From a virus (lineage: Duplodnaviria > Caudoviricetes), in the IMG/VR virus record IMGVR_UViG_3300051213_000590, positions 1-37,548 of that record: a stretch of DNA of 37,548 nt; one strand, 5' to 3'. Each line of letters starts with the position of its first letter. Position 1 is the first letter of the stretch. The notes below the pieces were generated by a model. That model was not told the origin of the DNA, ran no database searches, and saw only the letters and a list, made by a program, of their open reading frames with translations. The translations under genes were made by a program, and so were the position numbers. Shown here piece by piece: positions 27,057 to 34,860 of this stretch.

Positions 27057-27807
27057 CTTCTATAGCGTTAAAGATTTGATATACAACTTGTGGCACTACA
27101 GCGTTTCCATAGGCCTTTACTGACTCTTTTCTCCATTTTGAAAAGGTAATTCCGTCCAATTCACGGGGAAGCCCATCATCTCCGCCACAAACCGTGGGTT
27201 GAGTTGGAAACCCTGTCCAGCTCTTTGCCGAAGCGTGTCCTGCAATGCGTTCCCGTGTTTCTGTTTCGCCTTTTCGAGTGTTTCCTTGCTCCTTGCCGTG
27301 TTCCAGTCGAAAGCGTTCGGGGTGGGAAGCAACGAACCAGATCCTGTCTCTTTTGTGCGGTGCGCCGAGGCCAGCAGCTGGAATGATACCCGTCCAGACT
27401 TCGTACCCAAGACCCTCCAGGTCAGAGCACACCTCTTCGAAGACCAAACCGTCGTTCCAACTAACGAGGCCGCGAACATTTTCGCCCACAACGTAACTCG
27501 GGGCAATCTCTGATATGATTCTAAACATTTCGGGCCACAGGTGGCGCTCGTCGTTCTTCCCAAGTCGCATTCCTGCATTGGAATAAGGCTGGCAGGGAAA
27601 GCCTCCGGTGAGTATGTCGACGGATCCTCTCCATTGGGTTCCATCGAATGTTTTGACGTCGTCATAGGCTTTTGATTGGGGGAAGTGATACTGAAGCACG
27701 GATTGACAGAATGGATCTTTCTCTACGTGGAAGACGTTCGTCCATCCCATCCACTCGGCAGCGAGGTCAAAGCCTCCTATACCGCTAAATAATGATGCGT
27801 GATTCAT
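27034..27807 (-). CDS. C5 cytosine DNA methyltransferase, alpha chain (motifs I-VIII and X)
   Basis: SLFSGIGG, GGFPCQPYS, GENVRG, APHKRDRIWFV, KAYGNAVVPQV; no motif IX in this frame. Confidence 0.93.
   Translation of the reverse strand: MNHASLFSGIGGFDLAAEWMGWTNVFHVEKDPFCQSVLQYHFPQSKAYDDVKTFDGTQWRGSVDILTGGFPCQPYSNAGMRLGKNDERHLWPEMFRIISEIAPSYVVGENVRGLVSWNDGLVFEEVCSDLEGLGYEVWTGIIPAAGLGAPHKRDRIWFVASHPERFRLEHGKEQGNTRKGETETRERIAGHASAKSWTGFPTQPTVCGGDDGLPRELDGITFSKWRKESVKAYGNAVVPQVVYQIFNAIEDARLRHH
27117..27665 (-). CDS. C5 methyltransferase beta chain in an alternative frame, nested in the alpha gene
   Basis: LLPTP.A.D and LNPRFVAEMMGFPVNWT (motif IX-like); same layout as M.EcoHK31I alpha/beta. The start codon is uncertain. 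Confidence 0.75.
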   Translation of the reverse strand: MTTSKHSMEPNGEDPSTYSPEAFPASLIPMQECDLGRTTSATCGPKCLESYQRLPRVTLWAKMFAASLVGTTVWSSKRCALTWRVLGTKSGRVSFQLLASAHRTKETGSGSLLPTPNAFDWNTARSKETLEKAKQKHGNALQDTLRQRAGQGFQLNPRFVAEMMGFPVNWTELPFQNGEKSQ

Positions 27808-27829
27808 ACATTATGGGCCTATTTTGCCT

Positions 27830-28000
27830 TTAAGAAAGGGATTTACACTCATCTTCTTTGACTACGGCATAGTCAAGTTCAGGACACCAGACGTATGAGG
27901 GATCGAATCGTGTTCGCAATTCCTTCATAGCGGCGTCAGCAATTTCGTTGTTTGAGCCTTCTGCCAGCTCAATCAACTCGTCTTCAGGTAGTTCGTTCAT
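27830..28000 (-). CDS. Hypothetical 56-aa protein
   Basis: Translated by hand: MNELPEDELIELAEGS...KSLS. Confidence 0.5.
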   Translation of the reverse strand: MNELPEDELIELAEGSNNEIADAAMKELRTRFDPSYVWCPELDYAVVKEDECKSLS

Positions 28001-28023
28001 GTATTACAGAGTTTGGATCATTT

Positions 28024-28269
28024 TTACTCCCGAGTTTGGCTAGTCTGATCAAAAAGATCAAATTGATCACCAATCTCCCTTAATGCACCTCCTAAAATCT
28101 TTGCAAGATTTCTAACTGCCTCAAGTTCAAGAGACTCTAACCATCGATCTTGTACTGCTACGGGACAATCCTCAAAACAAGTGGGTTGTTTTTTCTCTTC
28201 ATCTTCAAACTTGTGCAAGATGTACACTCCGCTTAAGTTCCTGCGTTTTAAATCATCCATAGTATCCAT
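28024..28269 (-). CDS. Hypothetical protein
   Basis: ORF with RNLSGVY...PTCFEDC. Confidence 0.6.
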   Translation of the reverse strand: MDTMDDLKRRNLSGVYILHKFEDEEKKQPTCFEDCPVAVQDRWLESLELEAVRNLAKILGGALREIGDQFDLFDQTSQTRE

Positions 28270-28276
28270 CGCTTTT

Positions 28277-28471
28277 TCATTTCTTGTTTTTGGTCATTAG
28301 AATCCACTCTACAGCCATTTTGGCGTCCAATAATCCATCTAGGCGCCAACTCATCATTTCGCGGTACTCGTAGTCATCCTCGCTCTGCTCCTTTTTTGCG
28401 CGTGTCTCAATGCACAGCGCGTTAATTTCGCGCCAGGCGCGGTACAGAGCTTTGTAATCTCCTAGTTTCAT
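28277..28471 (-). CDS. Hypothetical protein
   Basis: Packed ORF downstream of the tRNA-like cluster. Confidence 0.55.
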   Translation of the reverse strand: MKLGDYKALYRAWREINALCIETRAKKEQSEDDYEYREMMSWRLDGLLDAKMAVEWILMTKNKK

Positions 28472-28485
28472 TTGTGGGGGTTTAG

Positions 28486-28587
28486 TAGTCAGGGCAGGAT
28501 TCGAACCTGCAATGTGGGCTCCGTAATGAGGGTCGTACCATTTCGACTTACCGAACTTGAGTCCGTTTACCTATCCACTACCTGACT
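28486..28587 (-). ncRNA. tRNA-like RNA with an expanded, non-canonical central region
   Basis: Acceptor AGTCAGG/CCTGACT-A, D-loop-like GGATAGGTAAAC, T-arm GCAGG-TTCGAAT-CCTGC; 102 nt; no standard anticodon arm. Confidence 0.7.
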
Positions 28588-28686
28588 AACGCTGTCTTTC
28601 CTGCCGTCATCACTTTTCTTGCAGTGAGCCGTGTTTCCTAGTCTCCAGGAACCAATAGCACCCGTTTATACTCTGGGTACACCGAG

Positions 28687-28763
28687 TGGTGCTCCCTGCT
28701 GGGCTTGAACCAGCGACCAGCGGATTATGAGTCCGACGCTCTAACCGACTGAGCTAAGGGAGC
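28687..28763 (-). tRNA. tRNA-CAT, probably Ile2 (lysidine type)
   Basis: GCTCCCTTAGCTCAGTCGGTTAGAGCGTCGGACTCATAATCCGCTGGTCGCTGGTTCAAGCCCAGCAGGGAGCACCA. Full cloverleaf with encoded CCA; resembles E. coli ileX as recalled. Confidence 0.92.
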
Positions 28764-29154
28764 GAGGAACCCTCGAGCGGATCATATCTAAGATATCATC
28801 CCTATTCTCGATGCCCATAGACACCAAATACTCGTCAAAGTCAGATATCACACAGTCTACGTTGTAGTTCTTGATCGCACGCTGAGCAAGGACGTACATC
28901 TCATGGTAGCCCTTCCAGTAGAGCATATTCGACTCGTGTTTCTTGCGGGCGTAAACCACAGCGTAGTGATCGGTATCGAAGTAGGAGCTGATGGTCACAT
29001 ACGTAAAGTGTCCCACCAAAGCACACATGATAGCAGCGCGAGGCATATACTGCTCTTTCGTCTTGACCCCGTTCTTCCTCTCTATGCCCACCTTGCGGTA
29101 GAAGCTCTCGATGATGGGGCCTAAACTTTCTTTATCCATGATTCTTGATTTCAA
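28741..29154 (-). CDS. DnaA C-terminal (domain IV)-like DNA-binding protein
   Basis: YMPRAAIM...ISSYFDTDHYAVVYARKKH parallels the DnaA IG..F.RDHTTV.HA signature. The 3' end overlaps the tRNA. Confidence 0.6.
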   Translation of the reverse strand: MKSRIMDKESLGPIIESFYRKVGIERKNGVKTKEQYMPRAAIMCALVGHFTYVTISSYFDTDHYAVVYARKKHESNMLYWKGYHEMYVLAQRAIKNYNVDCVISDFDEYLVSMGIENRDDILDMIRSRVPRSLSSVG

Positions 29155-29353
29155 ATTCTTGAACTAAAATCTCGCCGTCAGCAGACCTGATCATATACAC
29201 TATGTCTCGAAGGCGGTATACAAGTGCCGTAACTATGTAAGGGGTGGCGTCTTCGTCAACAACATGACATACTATATCTCCTATTTCGAACTTTGGTTCC
29301 TGATAAATACGCCGTCTACCGTTTTTCCAGTTCTCGAAGCGATTTCTTTCCAT
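29132..29353 (-). CDS. Hypothetical protein (KFEIGD.V SH3-like start)
   Basis: PKFEIGDIV motif; start uncertain. Confidence 0.55.
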   Translation of the reverse strand: MERNRFENWKNGRRRIYQEPKFEIGDIVCHVVDEDATPYIVTALVYRLRDIVYMIRSADGEILVQEFEIKNHG

Positions 29354-29595
29354 GCTTTCTCTAAGGCTTCATCAGGTTCATATCCCAATTGGTAAGACAA
29401 AATGATTAAGGTCACGAAGCTGTCGCCCAATGCATCCAACAGCTCGTCTTCGCCCTTCTTCTTGGAAAGGCAGCTCGCAAGCTCTCCCACCTCCTCCACC
29501 ACCTTCAACATCTGAGACTTGGCGTTAGAAGGTGCCAAAAGGTCTCTTTCTTGAGCCCAGTCGCGGATAAACAACTGCAAGTTATTCCATCTCAT
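29281..29595 (-). CDS. MazG-like nucleotide pyrophosphohydrolase
   Basis: WAQERDL, QMLKVVEEVGELA, DALGD..VTLII, EIASRTGKTVDGVF. Confidence 0.9.
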   Translation of the reverse strand: MRWNNLQLFIRDWAQERDLLAPSNAKSQMLKVVEEVGELASCLSKKKGEDELLDALGDSFVTLIILSYQLGYEPDEALEKAWKEIASRTGKTVDGVFIRNQSSK

Positions 29596-29974
29596 CTTCA
29601 GAGTAGATATTGAGTTTGTACAGGTCGCTTACCTTCAGGACGATACGAGCCAAGGCCCGCTTCTCCGCCATAGCGACGGGGTAAGAGTTTTTGGTGTTCG
29701 CTGGCGAAGATTCGCCAAAAGTGACGATATATTGACCGTTTTCTTTGTGCCTGGCCTCAGCACGGACACAGTAGCAACTTTTTTCTACGTTCGTAAATTC
29801 TCGACACGCCTCAAGGTTGATATCGTACGTCTCAATCACCTTGGCCTGGATCCTCTCTACGCCGCTCCTCGTGATCACCACGAAGCCCTGTGGAGCCTTC
29901 CAGAAGTCGTCTTTCGTAAGGTTGTACTTGGCAGCCAGCTCGCGGAACTTCTGCGCTTGCGATTCTTTAACCAT
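29582..29974 (-). CDS. Putative single-strand annealing protein (Rad52/ERF/RecT-like fold)
   Basis: TFGE...N.YPVAMAEKRALAR.VLK...IYSEDE pattern. Confidence 0.55.
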   Translation of the reverse strand: MVKESQAQKFRELAAKYNLTKDDFWKAPQGFVVITRSGVERIQAKVIETYDINLEACREFTNVEKSCYCVRAEARHKENGQYIVTFGESSPANTKNSYPVAMAEKRALARIVLKVSDLYKLNIYSEDEME

Positions 29975-30200
29975 TGATCAGTTGTTTGTAAGCCCTCTCG
30001 AGCTTGTATTTCAATTCTTCGTTCTCCCTCTTTAAGTCAGAGCACATACCACTCAAAGTATGTACCGCCGTAGCGGCATTCATCAGGTCATTTCTCAGAT
30101 CCATCCACGCCTCTTTTTTCTCGCCGCTCAATCCCGTCGACTGAATCGAAGCCAGATAGGCCGTTGCCGTGAGCTTCGTAATGAGTTGATCCACGTTCAT
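29967..30200 (-). CDS. Hypothetical coiled-coil protein
   Basis: Packed ORF. Confidence 0.55.
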   Translation of the reverse strand: MNVDQLITKLTATAYLASIQSTGLSGEKKEAWMDLRNDLMNAATAVHTLSGMCSDLKRENEELKYKLERAYKQLING

Positions 30201-30387
30201 AGTTATCGATTAGGTATTGGATATAGGTCATAGCTTTCTTGAGGTCTTCCACGCCTCCTTTATCGCGCCAGCGGCTCACATACTTGATGACGTTGCCCTC
30301 GCAGAAGGGGATGTCATTCTTGAAGATGAATTCCGTCGGCTGGATAGCCATCTTGGAATAGTGCTTAGGAGAAAGTCCATTTTTCAT
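30088..30387 (-). CDS. DUF3310 (SaV-like) protein
   Basis: PKHY...IQP.EFI...FCEGNVIKYVSRWRDKGGVEDLKKA..Y. Confidence 0.88.
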   Translation of the reverse strand: MKNGLSPKHYSKMAIQPTEFIFKNDIPFCEGNVIKYVSRWRDKGGVEDLKKAMTYIQYLIDNYERGSTHYEAHGNGLSGFDSVDGIERREKRGVDGSEK

Positions 30388-30823
30388 TGAGCATCTTGCT
30401 TTCGTAGTACCGGAATACAGGGTGAGAGAATTTTACAGAGACGAATGGGGCGGAACCGCGTGGCTTGAGGAGCATCACCTTCTCTACCTTGCCGGTATAG
30501 ACCACGTCGCAGGGCTCGGTGGTTTCTTCCGCTGTGCAAGAGTCTTCGATGATCTTGTTGGCGATCTGCTCGGCCTGGCGGATATCGAGCAGCGAAGGCA
30601 GCCACTCGGGAGAGTAGAACGAGATTCTTGAGAGCAGGTCGCGGCCATAATGCTCGGCCCACTCCTCGTCGATGGTCTCGTTGTCTTCGATGTAGTCTAT
30701 TGTGTCCTCAAGCCGCCACTTGACGAAAGAGTCCTCGAAGGCTTTAGGCTGGATCTTGCAGTGAGCACGGATGACGCCGCGCTCTCCCAACAACACGAAG
30801 GCAAGTTTTTCAATGAAGGTCAT
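30365..30823 (-). CDS. Hypothetical protein
   Basis: ATG 30823 overlaps the upstream stop (track start 30874). Confidence 0.6.
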   Translation of the reverse strand: MTFIEKLAFVLLGERGVIRAHCKIQPKAFEDSFVKWRLEDTIDYIEDNETIDEEWAEHYGRDLLSRISFYSPEWLPSLLDIRQAEQIANKIIEDSCTAEETTEPCDVVYTGKVEKVMLLKPRGSAPFVSVKFSHPVFRYYESKMLNEKWTFS

Positions 30824-31101
30824 GACAACCACTTTAAGTGTTCCTCTAAATTGTCCACATCCAAACGGATGCACAAGTCTAACAACTTTTCTCTACTCAA
30901 GTCAAGGTCGGCGTAAACTTTTTCTTGGTAGTAGGTGGATTCCCTCACCTCCAAGAGCAGCCTGCCCTTGATCATCCACGCCAGGTGAGCGCAGCAGTCT
31001 TCTACCATAGTTTTCTGGCCCATAAACTGGCGGCCTTTGGCATTCTTGAGGTCATAAAACAACCTCATCATCTGGTTGGCGGAAGGGATCAGTTGAGACA
31101 T
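30820..31101 (-). CDS. Hypothetical protein
   Basis: Packed ORF. Confidence 0.6.
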   Translation of the reverse strand: MSQLIPSANQMMRLFYDLKNAKGRQFMGQKTMVEDCCAHLAWMIKGRLLLEVRESTYYQEKVYADLDLSREKLLDLCIRLDVDNLEEHLKWLS

Positions 31102-31292
31102 GGTTTTTGGGATGTGAGTTCTTCCATAGCAGTTATTTTGTGGGCCTTGTTGTAGATCCTCAAGACTTCTACACAGTCTTTGACGGCCCTCACGGCTTCT
31201 TGCAGACCCTCGCTGGGGGCCACGATAGACAGGAACATAAGGTTCACCGCCAGGTCTTGCAGGTCTTCTTCAGTCCTCTTGAAGTTCTTCAT
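31089..31292 (-). CDS. Hypothetical protein
   Basis: MKNFKRTEEDL... start is preferred over the track start at 31463. Confidence 0.55.
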   Translation of the reverse strand: MKNFKRTEEDLQDLAVNLMFLSIVAPSEGLQEAVRAVKDCVEVLRIYNKAHKITAMEELTSQKPCLN

Positions 31293-31593
31293 CGTACATA
31301 TCGTTAAGGGATTCTGTAAAGCGCACAGCGAAGTTGTAGGCAGATGCCTGATCGTTAAAGATCTGGACACCGCGTTTCTTGTAGTCTTCCTCCCAGAGGT
31401 AGACCGTAGCGACGATGCCTTCGGGTTCTTGGGTGATACACACCACGTAGGGGTTGCAGTCAAAGCCGCTGATCTTGGCGCTTACATGGCCCAAGCCCTC
31501 TTCGTAGACGTCGCGCTCGAGATAGGCGCTCCAGCTCTCGCTCTTGGTCTTGTAGACCACCTTCGAGTCTTCAATCCTTACGTAGTATTTCAT
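31270..31593 (-). CDS. Hypothetical protein
   Basis: MKYYVRIEDS... start. Confidence 0.6.
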   Translation of the reverse strand: MKYYVRIEDSKVVYKTKSESWSAYLERDVYEEGLGHVSAKISGFDCNPYVVCITQEPEGIVATVYLWEEDYKKRGVQIFNDQASAYNFAVRFTESLNDMYDEELQED

Positions 31594-31643
31594 AGGAGAT
31601 TTTTGTGAAAATAGAGTTGCCAAAGTAGTCCTCCTCTGAGAAC

Positions 31644-31826
31644 TTATAGCCTTCCATATCTTTCTTGGAAAAGCCTTCGCATAGAACGGTCTGTTTGATC
31701 TTCTTCACTCCAGTGCTGGTATGGGTAGATGACATTGAAGATTTCTTCCAGTTCAGGAGAAAGCACAGGCGTGCGCTTCCTCTTTTGCTCTAGATAGAGC
31801 TGCTTATAGGTCTTATTTTCTTCCAT
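31644..31826 (-). CDS. Hypothetical protein
   Basis: MEENKTYKQL... start. Confidence 0.5.
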   Translation of the reverse strand: MEENKTYKQLYLEQKRKRTPVLSPELEEIFNVIYPYQHWSEEDQTDRSMRRLFQERYGRL

Positions 31827-32110
31827 TGTAGAGGATTTGTCGTAAAGTAGTGGTCGCATGGCGCAGTATAGTGCCTTTCTTGATCGCCCCAGTATATTGA
31901 GCCTACATACACGCGCTGGCCCCAGGTCTCGCCGTCGTCAGACACCTCTACCACGTCGCCGACCTTGAAGCCGTCGTCAAACATCTCCTCAGCCATTCTT
32001 GCAACTCCCAACAACACGACAGCGGCGTGCCTGTCTTTTTCGTTGCCGTTCCTGATGGCTTTCGCCCGCTTGCGAAGCCTCTCGATGAATTGCTCTTCTC
32101 TTTTTGTCAT
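31790..32110 (-). CDS. Hypothetical protein (FKVGDVVEV SH3-like domain)
   Basis: ATG 32110 lies next to the upstream stop codon. Confidence 0.55.
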   Translation of the reverse strand: MTKREEQFIERLRKRAKAIRNGNEKDRHAAVVLLGVARMAEEMFDDGFKVGDVVEVSDDGETWGQRVYVGSIYWGDQERHYTAPCDHYFTTNPLQWKKIRPISSSI

Positions 32111-32322
32111 AACGCTAATTTTTGGCGTACAAAGCTTTCGATTTCTTCTAACCACTCGCCGTCCCAGATCCTTCCGTTGTGGATATTCTCAAATTCTTCT
32201 GCCCATTCGATAGCGAATTCCGGGTGAAGAGCAGATGAGATATTGTAACCCTGTCTATCAATTTCTGAGGCCACAGCAACAAGGGTCTCTAGATACGATC
32301 GAAGTCCGTTGGGGTAGTTCAT
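32107..32322 (-). CDS. Hypothetical protein
   Basis: Packed ORF with acidic C-terminus. Confidence 0.6.
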   Translation of the reverse strand: MNYPNGLRSYLETLVAVASEIDRQGYNISSALHPEFAIEWAEEFENIHNGRIWDGEWLEEIESFVRQKLAL

Positions 32323-32489
32323 GATTTCTTGATGAATCGGTAGGTGATAGGGCCAAAGTCTTCTATAGTCACGTAGTGGTAAATCCTGTCTTTGAATTCT
32401 CCTGAGAAGAGGAACTCAGCAGGAACCCATTCTTGGTGCTCCCAGTCGCGAACCAACACCGTCTCGCCTCGGGTGAACTCAGTATGCAT
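32319..32489 (-). CDS. Hypothetical 56-aa protein
   Basis: Translated by hand: MHTEFTRGETVLVRDWEHQEW...FIKKS; ATGA overlap. Confidence 0.55.
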   Translation of the reverse strand: MHTEFTRGETVLVRDWEHQEWVPAEFLFSGEFKDRIYHYVTIEDFGPITYRFIKKS

Positions 32490-32853
32490 AGAGGTGATTT
32501 TTTACTGAAACAACTTTCTTGTAGGTCACGCCGTCGATGACTTCGCCGTTGAAGTCTACCCAGTTGGGCTGGCGCTTGGGGTTGTAAGAGATAGCGCCTT
32601 CTTCTACAGGGTAGAGCCTGCTGAAGTTGCAGGTAGACACCTCCACTTTCTTGCAGGAAACCCAAGCACAGACCTCCTTGTGAGCACCCTCGTGTGTTTT
32701 CTTGGCCGTAGACTTGTGGTTTACGAGTCTTGCGTCATACATAACCAGCTGTGCGTCCATAGGATTGACGTACGTGACGTCATTTCCTCGGCGAATCTGC
32801 CAGTGCATATAGTGCTCTCCTGGCGCTAAGTGGAACCTTACCTTAATCATCAC
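32479..32853 (-). CDS. Conserved phage hypothetical protein
   Basis: KVRFHL..G..YM.WQ, HKEVCAWV, ISYNP pattern. Confidence 0.65.
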   Translation of the reverse strand: MMIKVRFHLAPGEHYMHWQIRRGNDVTYVNPMDAQLVMYDARLVNHKSTAKKTHEGAHKEVCAWVSCKKVEVSTCNFSRLYPVEEGAISYNPKRQPNWVDFNGEVIDGVTYKKVVSVKNHLYAY

Positions 32854-33080
32854 TTCAGTCTGTTTTTCTTGGAGTCATAAGAGCCCCATGATTTTGCAAC
32901 GGGTGAACGATTTACAATCTTGGAGAAGACGACTACGATGTCTCCGTCTTGCAGTTCTGAGACGTTATACCATCCAGCTTTTTCGTCAAACAAAGAGTAG
33001 TTGTACCCGTAGATCTGGATTCCTGAAGCGAGCCAGCTGTTCACTTCTTTCTTGCTGTTTGCCTGCACGTAGATTTTCAT
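32850..33080 (-). CDS. Hypothetical protein
   Basis: ATGA-coupled ORF. Confidence 0.6.
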   Translation of the reverse strand: MKIYVQANSKKEVNSWLASGIQIYGYNYSLFDEKAGWYNVSELQDGDIVVVFSKIVNRSPVAKSWGSYDSKKNRLK

Positions 33081-33286
33081 AGATTCGTAAGGTCGATTAA
33101 AATGTCTCCCGAAGGGCTCAGGTATTCTTGTTCAACATAGAATCTTGCAGTCCTCTGATAGTGGCCTTGCAAAGCCTTGAGCACATCATTCTTGATGAGG
33201 TAGCTAAACAGCTGGAGCGTTTCTTGCTCCGTAAGCTCACCGTTCTCGTAGGCGAAGATGAGGTAGAGTTCTTGGTGTAGGTTCAT
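33077..33286 (-). CDS. Hypothetical early protein
   Basis: YENGEL...LF..LI...LQGHY.RTA pattern. Confidence 0.65.
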   Translation of the reverse strand: MNLHQELYLIFAYENGELTEQETLQLFSYLIKNDVLKALQGHYQRTARFYVEQEYLSPSGDILIDLTNL

Positions 33287-33543
33287 AGCGCAGTAACGAT
33301 TACATCGATGTCATAACAGTCTGCGTGCAGGTCGCAAACTTCGCACCTGGAGAATGAAGAGTCAAGCCCCGTAGAGAAAGAGAACGTAAATTTTTCGTGG
33401 TACACCGAAATTCTTGAATCCAACTCCCTCACGAATTCTTGGACTCGATCGATTTGTTCTTGGTTCAAGCCCGAGTTGTCGTCGTTGATAAAAGCTGGCA
33501 GGAAAGAACCTGCGATGCTCAAGGTGTCGAAGATGTAAGTCAT
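33283..33543 (-). CDS. Hypothetical early protein (CxxC)
   Basis: INDDNSGL...FSRCEVC. Confidence 0.6.
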   Translation of the reverse strand: MTYIFDTLSIAGSFLPAFINDDNSGLNQEQIDRVQEFVRELDSRISVYHEKFTFSFSTGLDSSFSRCEVCDLHADCYDIDVIVTAL

Positions 33544-33671
33544 TTTTTCTTGTATTCAGTGATTCCGTCGTGCTCAACAACAACGTACGAGCATTCTTGC
33601 ACGTAGATGACTTCATCTTTTGCGATGAAGTAGGCGTGACCGTCTTGGTCGAAGTAGAGAGGGTAGCTCAT
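33540..33671 (-). CDS. Hypothetical 43-aa protein
   Basis: Translated by hand: MSYPLYFDQDGHAYF...EYKKK; ATGA overlaps at both ends. Confidence 0.55.
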   Translation of the reverse strand: MSYPLYFDQDGHAYFIAKDEVIYVQECSYVVVEHDGITEYKKK

Positions 33672-33868
33672 AAGAGGTAGTATGAATACAGCCAGCCGCA
33701 GTCGTCGTCGTATAGGTCGCTTTCTTGCACAGGAGAGCCGACCAATTCTTGCAGACGCTTCACGTCTACTCGTTTCCAGTACCCGAACCGCAGGTACGTA
33801 GCATCGCCTCCCAAAGTCTTGCAGACCTGGAACTCGCCTAATTCTTGGGTGATAGCTTCAGTCTTCAT
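33668..33868 (-). CDS. Hypothetical protein
   Basis: MKTEAITQE... start is preferred over the track start at 33994. Confidence 0.55.
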   Translation of the reverse strand: MKTEAITQELGEFQVCKTLGGDATYLRFGYWKRVDVKRLQELVGSPVQESDLYDDDCGWLYSYYLL

Positions 33869-34112
33869 CGAATGTAGTCCAGCAAAAGAGTAAGTCTTCT
33901 TCGAAAGCTTCTTCCAGGTCTTCGACCTTGTAGTATGTGCGGAGGATATACAGCAAGTTCTCCTCGTTTGCAGCGTAGAACATACCAGACTCAATCAGGT
34001 AGCCCTCGCTGATTTCTTCGCCAGTCACAGAGTCTTGTCGCATTTCTTGATGATTAAGAACAACATCATTAACAGTAAGAGGACAGAGTAAGCCACTATC
34101 ATAGCTCGACAA
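33858..34112 (-). CDS. Hypothetical acidic early protein
   Basis: RQDSVTGE...EGY...WT.F pattern; very acidic. Confidence 0.6.
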   Translation of the reverse strand: MSSYDSGLLCPLTVNDVVLNHQEMRQDSVTGEEISEGYLIESGMFYAANEENLLYILRTYYKVEDLEEAFEEDLLFCWTTFDED

Positions 34113-34860
34113 AGAATCTTGTCGTCAGACCGAGAGCCTCGCGCTCGCGAGTCGTACGCTTGACTCTAAGTCCTGCGATATACGCTCCAGTCTCAGGAGC
34201 ACCCAACTTGCGGTCGAGGAATCTTGCGTCTGTCTCGTCAGCGTCGAAGACAGGAAGCCCGCGCCATTCTTGAGGCAGACTTGCATTCTTGCGGACTCGG
34301 CCAGTCTTTGAGTCGACATCGGCGAATGGAACCGCGATGCCCAGGTTATACTTGGTCGCTACGTCGAGCAATTCTTGCCAGTCTAATTCTTCGGAGTAGC
34401 TGAGCGTCAGGTGATAGTTGGGGTACTTCTCGAGCAGCTTGACACGGTTGAGTACCTTCGTGTAGTCGTAGAACTGAACGTCGCTGAATTCTTGGAGGAT
34501 AGACTTGAACAGCTCGGGCGATAGGTCGCTGGTGCCGTTGAGGCGGATAGCCAAAGTGTCTCCGTATTTCTTGCGGGCAGACTTGATTTCTTTTCGTAGC
34601 TGCTCAATGAAGTCTAGACGGTTAGAGTAGAAGTAGTTCGTGCGCCCAATTCTTGCCTTGTGGATCTTGGTGTCGAACTTGGCACGCCCTGCGAAGTGCA
34701 GGCACGTAGCCCTGCAGCCCTCTGAACTTTTTGGACATACATTCTTGCCGCTCGAGTCGTATGGCGACAGGTACACAATTCCTGTGTTGACGTCTACCTT
34801 GACGCCCTTGATAGTCTTGGCCGAAGAGTTTACGCCCAAGATATAGCTGAATTCTTTCAT
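34099..34860 (-). CDS. Gp88-like protein (radical-SAM-like Cys motif)
   Basis: NVCP..SEGCRATCL..AGR, IRLNGTSDL, VQFYDYTK, NYHLTLS.SE, D.D.TD.RFLD. Confidence 0.8.
   Translation of the reverse strand: MKEFSYILGVNSSAKTIKGVKVDVNTGIVYLSPYDSSGKNVCPKSSEGCRATCLHFAGRAKFDTKIHKARIGRTNYFYSNRLDFIEQLRKEIKSARKKYGDTLAIRLNGTSDLSPELFKSILQEFSDVQFYDYTKVLNRVKLLEKYPNYHLTLSYSEELDWQELLDVATKYNLGIAVPFADVDSKTGRVRKNASLPQEWRGLPVFDADETDARFLDRKLGAPETGAYIAGLRVKRTTREREALGLTTRFFVEL

Noticed and set aside
28687-28763. tRNA as attP or prophage boundary
   Set aside because: No integrase, repressor, duplicated tRNA 3' end or host genes seen.
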